A stretch of 64,000 bases of DNA from Candidatus Solincola quzhuomuensis (GTDB lineage: Bacteria > Actinomycetota > Geothermincolia > Geothermincolales > RBG-13-55-18), in assembly GCA_015711855.1 (NCBI GenBank), contig JACVJF010000001.1, positions 6,164 to 70,163 on the forward strand, written 5' to 3'. The notes under the pieces were generated by a model that was not told the DNA's origin, made no database searches, and was given only the letters and a program-made list of their open reading frames with translations. Shown one piece after another: positions 1 to 9,990 of the stretch (the stretch's first letter is position 1; each line of letters starts with the position of its first letter). Position numbers and translations under genes: made by a program.

Positions 1-22
1 AGGAGAAAGGAGAAGCGAGTAC

Positions 23-706
23 GTGGAGCCCTTCAAGGTCACCGAGGGCGTCTTCATGGTGGGTGGACCGGAGATCACCGGGCCGGACGACTGCTGCGTG
101 TACTTGGTGGATCTCGGCCGGCCCATCCTCATCGACGCCGGAGCGGGCAATTCCGTGCGCCGACTGGTGGACAACCTGGAAGGGATGGGGTATTCGCCGA
201 GGGATATAGCCCTCTTGGTGCTCACCCACTGCCACATAGACCACGTTGGAGGAGCTCCCTACCTGAACGAGAAATACGGTATCCCTCTCGCCGCCCATGA
301 ACTCGACGCGTCCCCGCTGGAGAAGGGAGATGCCCGCCGCACCGCCGCCAACTGGTATGGAGTGGATCTGAAGCCCATGCAGGTCAAGAACGTGCTGCGC
401 GGAGAGAAGGGCGAGTTCCCCGGGGGAGTCTCCCCTCTGCGCTGGATACATACCCCGGGACACACCCCCGGTTCCATCTCGCTCTACTGCCATAACGGGC
501 TGTTCACGGTGCTTTTCGGCCAGGACATACACGGCCCCTTCTACGCTTCCTTCGGTTCGGACCTCGATGCCTGGGCGGAATCCATGCACCGCCTTATGGA
601 TCTCCAGGCGGACGTCCTCTGCGAGGGACACTTCGGCATCATCCGCCCCGCTTCCGAAGTACGGAGGTATATCCAAGATTACCTACGCAACTACGGCCGG
701 GGTTGA
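23..706 (+). CDS. MBL-fold metallo-hydrolase (beta-lactamase-like)
   Basis: HxHxDH motif 'LTHCHIDHVGG' and downstream His/Asp ligands; GTG start. Confidence 0.85.
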   Translation: MEPFKVTEGVFMVGGPEITGPDDCCVYLVDLGRPILIDAGAGNSVRRLVDNLEGMGYSPRDIALLVLTHCHIDHVGGAPYLNEKYGIPLAAHELDASPLEKGDARRTAANWYGVDLKPMQVKNVLRGEKGEFPGGVSPLRWIHTPGHTPGSISLYCHNGLFTVLFGQDIHGPFYASFGSDLDAWAESMHRLMDLQADVLCEGHFGIIRPASEVRRYIQDYLRNYGRG

Positions 707-825
707 CCCGGTCCGGGCGAGGGAAGACGGGTAGGGGATGGCCAACCCGACCGCACGCACCCCCAAAGGTCGGCGACGTCGCACCCTTGCGCGGAGAGGG
801 GTATTGCGTTCTTGCCGCAACTCGT

Positions 826-872
826 ATAATATATCGAAATGATATATCGAAATGATATATTATTACGTATTC
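826..872. promoter_or_regulatory. Candidate PadR operator: tandem copies of palindromic ATATCGAAATGATAT
   Basis: 'atatatcgaaatgat' repeated twice directly, each containing inverted repeat ATATC-N5-GATAT, 50 nt upstream of padR start. Confidence 0.35.
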
Positions 873-924
873 CCAGGATCCAGGCTCGCAAGCAATTCTA
901 AGGAAAGAAGGAGAGGGTGTAAAG

Positions 925-1554
925 TTGCTCGAGCTCGCCATACTGGGTGCGCTGAAGGAAAAGCCCATGCACGGTTACGAGCTGAAGAAGAGGCTTTCTT
1001 ACCTTCTGGGCCACCTGTGGAAGATAAGTTTCGGGTCGCTTTACCCTGCCCTCAAGCGCCTTGAGGCCAAGAACGCCGTGGAAAGGGCCTACACGGTGAA
1101 GGAGAAGACCCGCAACCGCTACGTGTACCGCATAACCCCCAAAGGGGAGGAGATCTTCCAAAAACTCCTGGAGGATACCCAGAGAGCATCGGAGATTACC
1201 GATTCCGACAAGTTCAGCCTGCGTCTGGCCTTTTTCCAGTATATGGAACCGGAGACGAGGCTGTGGCTTTTGGAAAAGCGGCGCAGCTACCTGCTGGAGA
1301 GGCTCAAGGAGATGGGCGGGACGGGAAAGTCCCGGTACAAGGAATCGGACAGCTACCGCTTGGGCCTATATCGCCACAGGCAGGAGATGCTCCGTAGCGA
1401 TATCAGATGGCTGGACGAGCTCATCGAGCAGGAGAAAAAGCACGTCCTGAAAAAGGATCGAAGCCGGGGGTCCCCGAGGAAGGTGGAGAAGGGGGGTGAG
1501 AAACTGCTCTTGGAGGGTGAGGCGCTGGAGAAGATCACGCCCATACAGGCCTGA
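925..1554 (+). CDS. PadR family transcriptional regulator
   Basis: N-terminal wHTH 'LAILGALKEKPMHGYELKKRL...GSLYPALKRLE' typical of PadR; SD upstream; TTG start. Confidence 0.8.
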   Translation: MLELAILGALKEKPMHGYELKKRLSYLLGHLWKISFGSLYPALKRLEAKNAVERAYTVKEKTRNRYVYRITPKGEEIFQKLLEDTQRASEITDSDKFSLRLAFFQYMEPETRLWLLEKRRSYLLERLKEMGGTGKSRYKESDSYRLGLYRHRQEMLRSDIRWLDELIEQEKKHVLKKDRSRGSPRKVEKGGEKLLLEGEALEKITPIQA

Positions 1555-1634
1555 TAGAAACGGGGCCTGAAAAAGGAGAGGACCATCCCCAAAGGGGATG
1601 TGAATATAGCGAGATCGAGGGAGGTTGAAGATAT

Positions 1635-2801
1635 ATGGGAAAGATCAGGACGGCCATAATCGGCGTGGGAAACTGCGCTTCCTCCCTGGTCCAGGGCATC
1701 CAATACTACCGGGAGGCCAAGGAGGGAGACCTGGTACCCGGACTCATGCACGTTTTCGTCGGACCTTATCACATCCGGGACATCGAGATCGTCTGCGCGT
1801 TCGACGTGGACGCCGACAAGGTGGGCAAGGACGTCTCCGAGGCCATCTTCAGCGGGAGGAACAACACCATAAAGATTAGCGATGTCCCTCGGCTGAACGC
1901 CCCGGTTTACCGCGGTCCCACCCTGGACGGGTTCGGTAAGTACTACCGGATGGTCGCCCGAGAGCACCCCTCGGAACCGGTGAACGTGGCCGAGGTGCTG
2001 GCCCGCCATGAGGTGGACGTAGTCATCAACTATCTGCCGGTGGGTAGCGAGAAGGCCACCCTCTTCTACGTGGAGGAGGCCTTGAAGGCGGGCTGCGGAG
2101 TGGTTAACTGCATCCCCGTCTTCGTGGCCAAGGAGGAGATCTGGCAGGGCCGTTTCCGGCGCCACGGGCTGCCCATCGTAGGGGACGACATTAAATCTCA
2201 GGTGGGTGCGACGATAGTCCATCGGGTGCTGGCCAAGCTCTTCAACGACCGCGGCGTGGTCCTGGACCGAACCGCCCAGCTCAACATAGGCGGGAACATG
2301 GACTTCATGAACATGCTGGAGCGTGAGCGCCTGGAATCCAAGAAAATATCCAAGACCGACGCCGTGGTCTCCCAGCTTACCCACAACATAGACAAGGACG
2401 ACGTGCACATCGGCCCCAGCGATTACGTGGCCTGGCTCAACGACCGCAAGTGGGCCTACATCCGGCTGGAGGGACGGGAGTTCGGGGACGTCCCCGTATC
2501 GCTGGAGTTCAAGCTGGAGGTGTGGGACTCCCCCAACTCGGCGGGGATCGTCATAGACGCCGTGCGCTGCTGCAAACTGGCCATGGACCGTGGGCTCTGC
2601 GGGGCCCTCATCGGACCCTCCGCCTACTTCATGAAATCACCCCCGGTCCAGTACTCGGACGACGTAGCCCGCCAGATGGTGGAGGACTTCATCGCCGGCA
2701 AGCCGGAGGGCATGCTCACCACCGCGGACTTCGGCAACGGCATGGACTTGGAAAGATCGGAAGGTCTCCTCTCTACCCAGGGCAACCCTGGGGAGGACTG
2801 A
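1635..2801 (+). CDS. ino1: myo-inositol-1-phosphate synthase (archaeal/actinobacterial type)
   Basis: '[25 protein letters not shown]' N-terminus and overall MIPS family pattern. Confidence 0.85.
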   Translation: MGKIRTAIIGVGNCASSLVQGIQYYREAKEGDLVPGLMHVFVGPYHIRDIEIVCAFDVDADKVGKDVSEAIFSGRNNTIKISDVPRLNAPVYRGPTLDGFGKYYRMVAREHPSEPVNVAEVLARHEVDVVINYLPVGSEKATLFYVEEALKAGCGVVNCIPVFVAKEEIWQGRFRRHGLPIVGDDIKSQVGATIVHRVLAKLFNDRGVVLDRTAQLNIGGNMDFMNMLERERLESKKISKTDAVVSQLTHNIDKDDVHIGPSDYVAWLNDRKWAYIRLEGREFGDVPVSLEFKLEVWDSPNSAGIVIDAVRCCKLAMDRGLCGALIGPSAYFMKSPPVQYSDDVARQMVEDFIAGKPEGMLTTADFGNGMDLERSEGLLSTQGNPGED

Positions 2802-2957
2802 TGGGGAGATCGGTGGCGCTCGCCGCCCTCCGGGTGGACGGTTTTTACCCCTACAGACGCGACCGTTCCCACTTCTGCGGCGTGGGTTGACCTTTCTTCA
2901 TGTTGTGTTATATTACCGCCATGAACGTAGGGCAGGGATCTTATCCAGGAGGAAAGG

Positions 2958-3263
2958 GTGTTGGACGGAACGCATTCATATCACTGTAACCCCCTTACCG
3001 AAGAAGCCAACCTCCCCGTACAGGTCAAATGCTACTCCGGATTCAAGGCCAACGAGCGACCCCTGAGTTTCACCCTGAGCGGCCGCGAGTTCTCCGTCAT
3101 GGACATCGAGGGAAGCTGGTTCGAGGAGGACGAGAGCGGTCGGGAACGGAGGTCCTGTTTCCGGGTGAGGGCCGACGACGGAGACCTGTACCTCCTCAGC
3201 TATCATCCCGACGAAGATTCCTGGATGCTGCGCCGGGTCATCAGGCTGGGTGGCCTGTCCTGA
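2958..3263 (+). CDS. hypothetical protein (101 aa)
   Basis: GTG start with AGGAGG 8 nt upstream; coding-like composition; no family recognised. Confidence 0.45.
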   Translation: MLDGTHSYHCNPLTEEANLPVQVKCYSGFKANERPLSFTLSGREFSVMDIEGSWFEEDESGRERRSCFRVRADDGDLYLLSYHPDEDSWMLRRVIRLGGLS

Positions 3264-3377
3264 CAGCCCTGTGCCCTTGCTCCGAGCCCAAATCACTCGA
3301 GAGGGGATCATCCTTAAGGATACGGCCGCTCCCCACCGGACAACATCACGCGACGAGCTGACCGCCGCATAGGATTT

Positions 3378-3803
3378 TCAAGCGCGTTCCCGGATCATGA
3401 AAGTGGCCGTGGCCTTGGCCACCATCCTCCCCCCGGAATCGTAAAGGCAAGCCTCGCCCACGGCGATGGACTTCCCCTTTTGGATGACCTTGCCCTCCGC
3501 GCTCACCCAGCCGTCGCGCACCGGCGCCAGATAGTTTATCTTCATCTCCACGGTGATCATCGTCTCCCGCTCCAGGTCCATGAGAGTGGCCAGGGCGGCG
3601 GCGATGGCGGCGTCGGCCAAGGAAGCCAAGGCCCCGCCATGCACAACCCCGCCGGCGTTCAAGAGCTTCCTCTCCACCGGCAGCACCAGGCGGGATTTCC
3701 CCTCCTCCAAACCCTCCACCCGCATTCCCAGGAGCATGTAAAATGTGGAGGGGTCGGATCGGGAACGTATGATCCTCTCGTAACGCGACTTCTCGTTCTC
3801 CAA
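3378..3803 (-). CDS. PaaI/hotdog-fold acyl-CoA thioesterase
   Basis: 'GGVVHGGALASLADAAIAAALATL' hotdog thioesterase signature. Confidence 0.8.
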   Translation of the reverse strand: MENEKSRYERIIRSRSDPSTFYMLLGMRVEGLEEGKSRLVLPVERKLLNAGGVVHGGALASLADAAIAAALATLMDLERETMITVEMKINYLAPVRDGWVSAEGKVIQKGKSIAVGEACLYDSGGRMVAKATATFMIRERA

Positions 3804-3821
3804 CCTTAACCTCCGCGATTC

Positions 3822-4745
3822 TCACCCACGGAACCATTCCATCGTTCGTCGCAACCCTTCCTCCAGACCGGTGACCGGTTCCCAGCCCAGGATCTCCCGT
3901 GCCCGGGTAAGGTCGGGCTTTCGCCTGCGGGGATCGTCCTCGGGCAAGGGCAGGAAGGTTATATCCGAGGGGGAGTCCAGCATCTCCTTCACGAGCCGGG
4001 CCAGTTCAAGCACGGTCATCTCGCGGTCGTTCCCCAAGTTGATGACCTGCCCCACGGCTTTCTCGCTCTCCAGGGCCAAACAGATCCCCTCCACAAGGTC
4101 GTCCACATAGCAGAAGCTCCGGGTCTGGGTGCCGTCCCCGTAGACGGTAAGGGGAATTCCGGCCAGGGCTTGCTGGATGAAATTGGGAACAACCCTGCCG
4201 TCCTCCCGCCGCATGCGTGGTCCGTAAGTGTTGAAGATGCGCAGGATCACCGTCTCCAACCCGTAGAGACGACGATAGGTGGCCGTGAGCGCCTCAGCGA
4301 AACGCTTGGACTCGTCGTAGCAGGCACGCGGGCCCACCGGGTTGACGTTCCCCGGGTAGTCCTCGTCCTGGGGCACCTTTAAGGGGTCCCCGTAGACCTC
4401 CGAGGTGGAGGCCAGGAGGTAGCGAGCGCTGTTCTTGCGGGCCACTTCCAGGCTCTGGTAAGTACCCAGCGAGTTGACGAGCATGGTCTGGACGGGCATG
4501 CGCTGGTAGTCGACGGGGCTGGCGGGGCTTGCCAGGTGGGCCACGGCATCCACTTCCAGCGTGATCGGGGCGGTGGCATCGGCCAGGATGAACCTGAACC
4601 GCGGATTATCCCGCATATCCTCCAGGTTCTCCACGCTGCCCGTACACAGGTTGTCCAGGCAGTAGACGACATGCCCCAAATCGAGCAGTTTCGCGCACAG
4701 GTGAGAGCCGATAAACCCCGCTCCACCCGTTACCAGGATCTTCAA
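3822..4745 (-). CDS. UDP-glucuronate decarboxylase / NAD-dependent epimerase-dehydratase (UXS-like)
   Basis: 'MKILVTGGAGFIGSHL' Rossmann, YxxxK, strong UXS family similarity along length. Confidence 0.85.
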   Translation of the reverse strand: MKILVTGGAGFIGSHLCAKLLDLGHVVYCLDNLCTGSVENLEDMRDNPRFRFILADATAPITLEVDAVAHLASPASPVDYQRMPVQTMLVNSLGTYQSLEVARKNSARYLLASTSEVYGDPLKVPQDEDYPGNVNPVGPRACYDESKRFAEALTATYRRLYGLETVILRIFNTYGPRMRREDGRVVPNFIQQALAGIPLTVYGDGTQTRSFCYVDDLVEGICLALESEKAVGQVINLGNDREMTVLELARLVKEMLDSPSDITFLPLPEDDPRRRKPDLTRAREILGWEPVTGLEEGLRRTMEWFRG

Positions 4746-4818
4746 TATCCTCTCTCCCTTTCCTCTTCTCCTTTCTTGCAGGCAAACTCAGGTAAAGATT
4801 ACCGCAACCCGCAAGTCC

Positions 4819-5916
4819 TTAGATAGACCCGTTTCCCTCCTCCGCCAGGTAGAAGCGGAGGCCGGATGTCCGCAGGCGCTCAAAGGTCCACGGGTGGTTC
4901 AGGGCTTCCTCTGGGGCGTATAATCCGGCGGGCGGTTCCGAGCGCACCCATTCCACCGCCGAGGCCGTCAAGCAGGCGCTTGCCCTATAATAATCGCCGG
5001 CCGCCGCCACGCTGATCTTCATCCTTCGTCCTTGCCTGACCCCCTCGGCGGTTACCCTTATCAAGGAGGGGCAGTGGTCATCCTGCGAGCGCTTCCGTCC
5101 TCTAGCCAGTTGGAGGGCACCAAGGAAAACGTCCAAATACCCCTCATCCCCCACCCTGGATAGGCACTGAAGGAGGATGTCCACGCCCAGGCTCCCCGAG
5201 CCCGCTCGGAAGCAAACGTCCTGCACCTGCGGAAGGAAACGGGGAACGGTCAAGCATTCCGGGTGGTTAAAGTAATGCGAGAACATCCGTCCTGACGGAG
5301 GTGGAAACTCCACGGGCTCGGGCCAGCTCCCGGCCCGGACAGCTTCTTCCCTACCCCCCTTTAAAAGAACCGCCTTGCCGGAGAAGGAGCGTATTAGGTG
5401 ACGGATTGCCCCTTCGCCCAGAGAGGAGACGGGACCGGGCCGCCAGTAAAAGGTTAGGTTTCGCACCTCCTCCAACCGGGAAGCGGCTCGAAGGGCCAGG
5501 AGATTGGATAGCCCTGGGGTCATGCCGCACCCCAAAAGGACACGAGAACCCGTCCGCTGCGCCTCCTCCTGCAGGAAAAGGGCCTCCCGAGTCGTGGCGG
5601 CGTCATCGCAGAGGGAGAGATAATCGCGTCCCGTCTCCACGACCACTCGGATTACCTGTAGCTCGTGCAGGTGAAAGGGGCCCAGGCAGCCCACCACCAG
5701 GTCCGCTTCAGAAATCCGCTCGCGCAGGCTTCTCTCCTCGCCTGCCTCCAGATAGCGTAGGTGCACGGAAAAAGGAGCTGGATAATTAACCATCCTGCAT
5801 AAGGACTCGGCGTCCGCATCCGCGAGATATACAACCTCTATTCCCGGCAGGCGGGAAAGAGCGGCCAGCACCGCTCTGCCCGTTTTCCCCGCAGCTCCGA
5901 GGATTAACGCTCTCAT
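4819..5916 (-). CDS. saccharopine dehydrogenase-like NAD(P)-binding oxidoreductase
   Basis: 'MRALILGAAGKTGRAV' Rossmann N-terminus, Sacchrp_dh-like layout. Confidence 0.55.
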   Translation of the reverse strand: MRALILGAAGKTGRAVLAALSRLPGIEVVYLADADAESLCRMVNYPAPFSVHLRYLEAGEERSLRERISEADLVVGCLGPFHLHELQVIRVVVETGRDYLSLCDDAATTREALFLQEEAQRTGSRVLLGCGMTPGLSNLLALRAASRLEEVRNLTFYWRPGPVSSLGEGAIRHLIRSFSGKAVLLKGGREEAVRAGSWPEPVEFPPPSGRMFSHYFNHPECLTVPRFLPQVQDVCFRAGSGSLGVDILLQCLSRVGDEGYLDVFLGALQLARGRKRSQDDHCPSLIRVTAEGVRQGRRMKISVAAAGDYYRASACLTASAVEWVRSEPPAGLYAPEEALNHPWTFERLRTSGLRFYLAEEGNGSI

Positions 5917-6291
5917 GCCGAGTCGTTGAAGAGTCTTAGGGGATCGATCTCCCTCCAGGCGAGCTCCGGCGATACCTCCCCCTCCCTTCCGGAAATGTTC
6001 CTCCAGGCCAGGAAGGCCGCAAGCAGGGCCAGGGCCAGGGTAAAGCGGAATCGAAAGGGGGCCCTAGCGAGGCCGTTTTCGCGTCCCCGCCGGTTAACGC
6101 CGATCGCTTTCACGGTTCTTTCGCCTTGCTTCGACCATCTCAACGTTTCTTCGCACAAAAAGCCCCGAGAGCCAACGGCGACTCGGGTCGCCACAGGCCA
6201 TGTGTGCCCGGAGAAGCCTCATCCCCTTAATGGCTTTTGGGATATCCCGGCCTCCCTACCGCTAAGTAGACGGGGAAGGAGGTCCACGACG

Positions 6292-7389
6292 CTACTTGCT
6301 GAGGAGATCTTCCTCCACCTCCAGGCCAAGTTGCTTCACGGCCAGGGCGAAGTCGTGGGGGCTGGTAGCCGCCGAGACGGCGGTCTTGAAATCCACCAGA
6401 CCGTACCGGTACAAGTCCACCAAGGACTGGTCGAAGGTCTGCATCCCATAGTACTCGCCCTCGGCGATGATCTCCCTCATCACCGTGGTCGGTTCCTCGT
6501 TGATCAGCGCCTCGGCCATACGACCGGTCATCACCAGCACCTCCACCGCCGGGACCCTCCCGCTGTGGTCCTTTAGGGGAAGCAGCCTTTGTGATATGAC
6601 TCCCTTGAGCACGCTGGCCAGCGTCAGGCGGATCTGTTTCTGCTGCTGCGGGGGGAAGAAGTCGATTATGCGGTTAACCGTCTCCGTGGTATCGATGGTG
6701 TGGAAAGTAGAGAGCACCAGGTGACCGGTCATGGCCGCGTTCATGGCCGCCATCACCGTTTCCGGATCCCGCATCTCCCCGATGAGAATGACGTCCGGAT
6801 CCTGGCGGGTGACGTACTTGAGGGCATCCGCATAACTCTCCGTGTCCGTCCCGATCTCCCTCTGGTGGATGATGCTCTTCTTGTCCACGTGCAGGACCTC
6901 GATGGGGTCCTCTATGGTGATGATGTTCAGCTGGTCGTTGGTGTTGATGTAATCGATTATGGCCGCCAGCGTGGTGGTCTTACCGGCTCCGGCGGGCCCG
7001 GTGACCAGGATCAGGCCTCTCCGCTCCATGGCCAGGCGGCGCAAGACGGGAGGCAGGCCCAGCTCCTCGAAGGAAGGAACGGAGGTGGTCAGCACGCGCC
7101 TTATGGCTATGCCTACCGTGCCCCGCTGCTTGAAGATATTGGCTCGGAACCTTCCCAGCCCGGCGATGCTGTAGGCGAAGTCCACCTCGTTTCGCTCGGC
7201 GAACTTTTTGGCCTGTTTCTCGTTCATAAGGGCGTAGGCCGCCTCTACGGTATCCGTGGGGGAGAGGCGAGGAAAGTCCGATCTCATCAGCTGCCCGTCT
7301 ATGCGGAAATAAGGAGGGCTGCCGGCTTTAATGTGTAGGTCCGAAGCCTGCTTTTGCACCATGTATTGCAGGAGTTCCTGGATATCCAT
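6292..7389 (-). CDS. pilT: type IV pilus retraction ATPase PilT
   Basis: Walker A 'GPAGAGKTT', PilT N-terminal 'ASDLHIKAGSPPYFRIDG', Asp/His boxes; TAG stop. Confidence 0.9.
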   Translation of the reverse strand: MDIQELLQYMVQKQASDLHIKAGSPPYFRIDGQLMRSDFPRLSPTDTVEAAYALMNEKQAKKFAERNEVDFAYSIAGLGRFRANIFKQRGTVGIAIRRVLTTSVPSFEELGLPPVLRRLAMERRGLILVTGPAGAGKTTTLAAIIDYINTNDQLNIITIEDPIEVLHVDKKSIIHQREIGTDTESYADALKYVTRQDPDVILIGEMRDPETVMAAMNAAMTGHLVLSTFHTIDTTETVNRIIDFFPPQQQKQIRLTLASVLKGVISQRLLPLKDHSGRVPAVEVLVMTGRMAEALINEEPTTVMREIIAEGEYYGMQTFDQSLVDLYRYGLVDFKTAVSAATSPHDFALAVKQLGLEVEEDLLSK

Positions 7390-7503
7390 GTCATCCCCTC
7401 GCCACTTCCAAAACCGATTCAGGCCCCTAAAAGGTCTTCATTTTCGAATTAATGATAACACAGTCGGGGAAAGCGCCTGCATTTGCCGGCTTCAGTTCCG
7501 GCA

Positions 7504-8577
7504 TCAGATATTCCAGTAGGGACGTATGGCTCCCCGCGTGGCCTCCACTATCTCCATGCCCCTTCCGGAGGTGGGAAGACCGCCTCCGTAGACATCCTCG
7601 TCCTCCACCCGCAGGTCCTCACCGGCCAGAACGGCCACCGTATTGACGATGGAGCGAGCGACGGCAGAAAGGTTGTAGCCGCCCTCCAGGCAGGCCATGA
7701 CCTTGCCTCCGCAGACCTCCTCGGCCAGCTTCTTCAGCCGCGTGGCCATCTCGGCGTAGGAGGTGGATTTGAGGAGCATGGAACAAAGGGGGTCGCTGAA
7801 GTGAGCGTCGTAGCCCGCGGATATCAAGACCAGCTCCGGCTGGTACTTGAGGGCCAGGGGTACGATGACCTGGTCGAAAGCGGCCAGGTAGACGTCCTCT
7901 CCGGTGCGCGCCGGCAGGGGAAAGTTCACCGTGTAACCCTCGCCTTTACCCCTTCCCACCTCGTGGTAGCTGCCCGACCCGGGGTAATGTGGATACTGGT
8001 GCAGGGAAACGTAGAGCACTCGGTCGTCGTCGTAGAAGATGTCCTGGATCCCGTTGCCGTGGTGGGCGTCCCAATCCAGGATAAAGACCCTCTTCACGCC
8101 GAACTTCTCCATGGCGAAGCGTGCAGCAACGGCGTTGTTGTTGAAGAGACAAAAACCCATGCCGCGGGTAGCGGTGGCGTGATGTCCCGGGGGTCGTGCC
8201 AGGCAGAAGGCGTTGTCCAGTTCACCGGCGAATATGCGCTCCAGGCCTTCCAGGGCCGCTCCCGTCGATCGCAGGGCGGCCTCGTAGGAACGGGGGCTTA
8301 CGTGGGTATCGGCGTCCAGCCACCCGCCGCCCGATTCGGCCACCTGCTTTATCTTCTGGATATAGGTCTTGGGGTGGACCAGCTCTATCTCCTCCGGAGT
8401 GGCATCCCGCGGGGAAACTATGCTGATCTTCTCGGAAAGCCCCGTGCTCTCCATGGTCTGAAGGGTCACCTCCAGCCTCTCCGCTCGCTCCGGGTGGCCG
8501 AACCCGGTGTCGTGCTCCAGGTAAATAGGATCGTAGAAGACCGCGGTCCTGCTCATTTCCCCCCGCCTCCGACTCAC
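7504..8577 (-). CDS. histone deacetylase family protein (AcuC/acetoin utilisation-like)
   Basis: HDAC motifs 'FCLFNN', 'DWDAHHGNG', 'SGYDAH'. Confidence 0.85.
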   Translation of the reverse strand: MSRRRGEMSRTAVFYDPIYLEHDTGFGHPERAERLEVTLQTMESTGLSEKISIVSPRDATPEEIELVHPKTYIQKIKQVAESGGGWLDADTHVSPRSYEAALRSTGAALEGLERIFAGELDNAFCLARPPGHHATATRGMGFCLFNNNAVAARFAMEKFGVKRVFILDWDAHHGNGIQDIFYDDDRVLYVSLHQYPHYPGSGSYHEVGRGKGEGYTVNFPLPARTGEDVYLAAFDQVIVPLALKYQPELVLISAGYDAHFSDPLCSMLLKSTSYAEMATRLKKLAEEVCGGKVMACLEGGYNLSAVARSIVNTVAVLAGEDLRVEDEDVYGGGLPTSGRGMEIVEATRGAIRPYWNI

Positions 8578-8602
8578 CGAAACGCTTATCGTCCTTCCGG
8601 CC

Positions 8603-9634
8603 TTACCTCACGCGGACGGCTCCGCAAAAATCGCGCCTCCTCCCCAGATCGGCGATGCGCACCACGTCTCCGGTCCGCGGAGCGTGGATATACTGCCCGT
8701 TCCCTATATACAGGCCCACGTGACCGAATCCGTGGAAGAAAACCAGGTCCCCGGGTTGAAGCTCGGAATAGGAAACGGGTACCCCGCACCTGGACTGCAT
8801 GTAGGAGCTGTGCGGAAGCCTCACGCCCACCTGGGCATAACAGTACATGACCAGCCCCGAACAGTCGAAAGCGTCAGGGCCCGCGGCGCCGTATCGGTAA
8901 GGCTTCCCCAGCTGGGCATAGGCCACCTTGATCACCTCGGGCGCATAGGGGGGAGGTGGAGGAGGAGGTGTCCTCGGCCGGCTCACGGGAGTGGGTCGAG
9001 GGCTCACCGTCGCGGCACGGCGCGCCTCCTCCTGGGCGATGAGGTTGTTCACCTCCGCCTCCACGCCGGCCATGAGCTCTTTTCTCCTCCGCAGCTCGGC
9101 CTCGATCTGGCTCCTCTGGGCGTCGAGCTTGGCCAGCTCGGCGTCGAGGGCGGCGCGGCGGTTTTCCAGTTCCGATTTCGCCGCTTCCACCTCCTGGCGT
9201 GAAGCTATGATGGAGGCAATCATGTCCACGTCGTTACCGCTTATGCGGCGGGCACGGTCCAGGTTGGTATACAGGTCGTCCACGGTGCGGCTTTCGGTCA
9301 GCACCTCGAGTATGTCAGCGTTCCCCGACTTGTACAGCTCACGAATCCTCTGGCCCAGGATATCCTTCCTCTTCTCCATCTCTGCGGTGAGGGCGGCCAG
9401 CTCTCTCTCCTTCTCGGAGATGACCTCCTTAGCCCGCTCAATCCGGTATCTGGTGAGGTTGTACTGCTCGGTTATGGTCTCCAGCCTGGCGTCGATCCTC
9501 TGCACCTCTTCCTTGATCCGTTCCAGCTCGGCTTTCTTCTCCTGCACGGGATCGCCGAGCGCCCCCCGGGGGGGAACTATCGACAAGGCCGCGACCAGGC
9601 CTAGGCATAGTAGGATTATGGTCGTCCTCCTCAT
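8603..9634 (-). CDS. secreted NlpC/P60 peptidoglycan endopeptidase with N-terminal coiled-coil and Pro-rich linker (RipA-like)
   Basis: signal peptide, long coiled coil, 'PRPTPVSRPRTPPPPPPP' linker, C-terminal 'FDCSGLVMYCY...HVGLYIGNGQYIHAP' Cys-His catalytic core. Confidence 0.85.
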   Translation of the reverse strand: MRRTTIILLCLGLVAALSIVPPRGALGDPVQEKKAELERIKEEVQRIDARLETITEQYNLTRYRIERAKEVISEKERELAALTAEMEKRKDILGQRIRELYKSGNADILEVLTESRTVDDLYTNLDRARRISGNDVDMIASIIASRQEVEAAKSELENRRAALDAELAKLDAQRSQIEAELRRRKELMAGVEAEVNNLIAQEEARRAATVSPRPTPVSRPRTPPPPPPPYAPEVIKVAYAQLGKPYRYGAAGPDAFDCSGLVMYCYAQVGVRLPHSSYMQSRCGVPVSYSELQPGDLVFFHGFGHVGLYIGNGQYIHAPRTGDVVRIADLGRRRDFCGAVRVR

Positions 9635-9990
9635 CGTCGCTTCCAACCTCGACACGAACACCCCGTCCTCTCGCTCAAACACAGCGCCTACAAGTGCGAG
9701 TCGCGTTCTTCCTCATCGATCGCGACCACTGGTCAATGATATCACAACCTGTGTCGCGGCCGAAAACCGAGTGCAGTTCAATAACCGCCCCATGGCTGCA
9801 TTTGCCAGTCCCTTACAAGAATCTTCCAGTAATTTATGGGGTTTCCCTTCCCGCCCACAGGGTTAAGCACGGCCCGGAGAAACCCTCTTTCACTCGCCAC
9901 GTAAAGCAAGGGGCGTGTGTGATCCGACCCGGATGGAAAATCCTCCCGTGCATTTCCCTCTATCGGCCCCGATGTGGATAGGGACGTGCC

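Noticed and set aside
826-872. CRISPR array
   Set aside because: Only two short direct repeats with no spacers. No CRISPR arrays or cas genes anywhere in the window.
1353-2408. 351-aa ORF on - strand
   Set aside because: Antisense to the inositol-1-phosphate synthase gene.
7483-8850. 455-aa ORF on + strand
   Set aside because: Antisense shadow of the HDAC-family gene (7504..8577, minus). Arg/Gly/Pro-rich composition typical of high-GC spurious frames.
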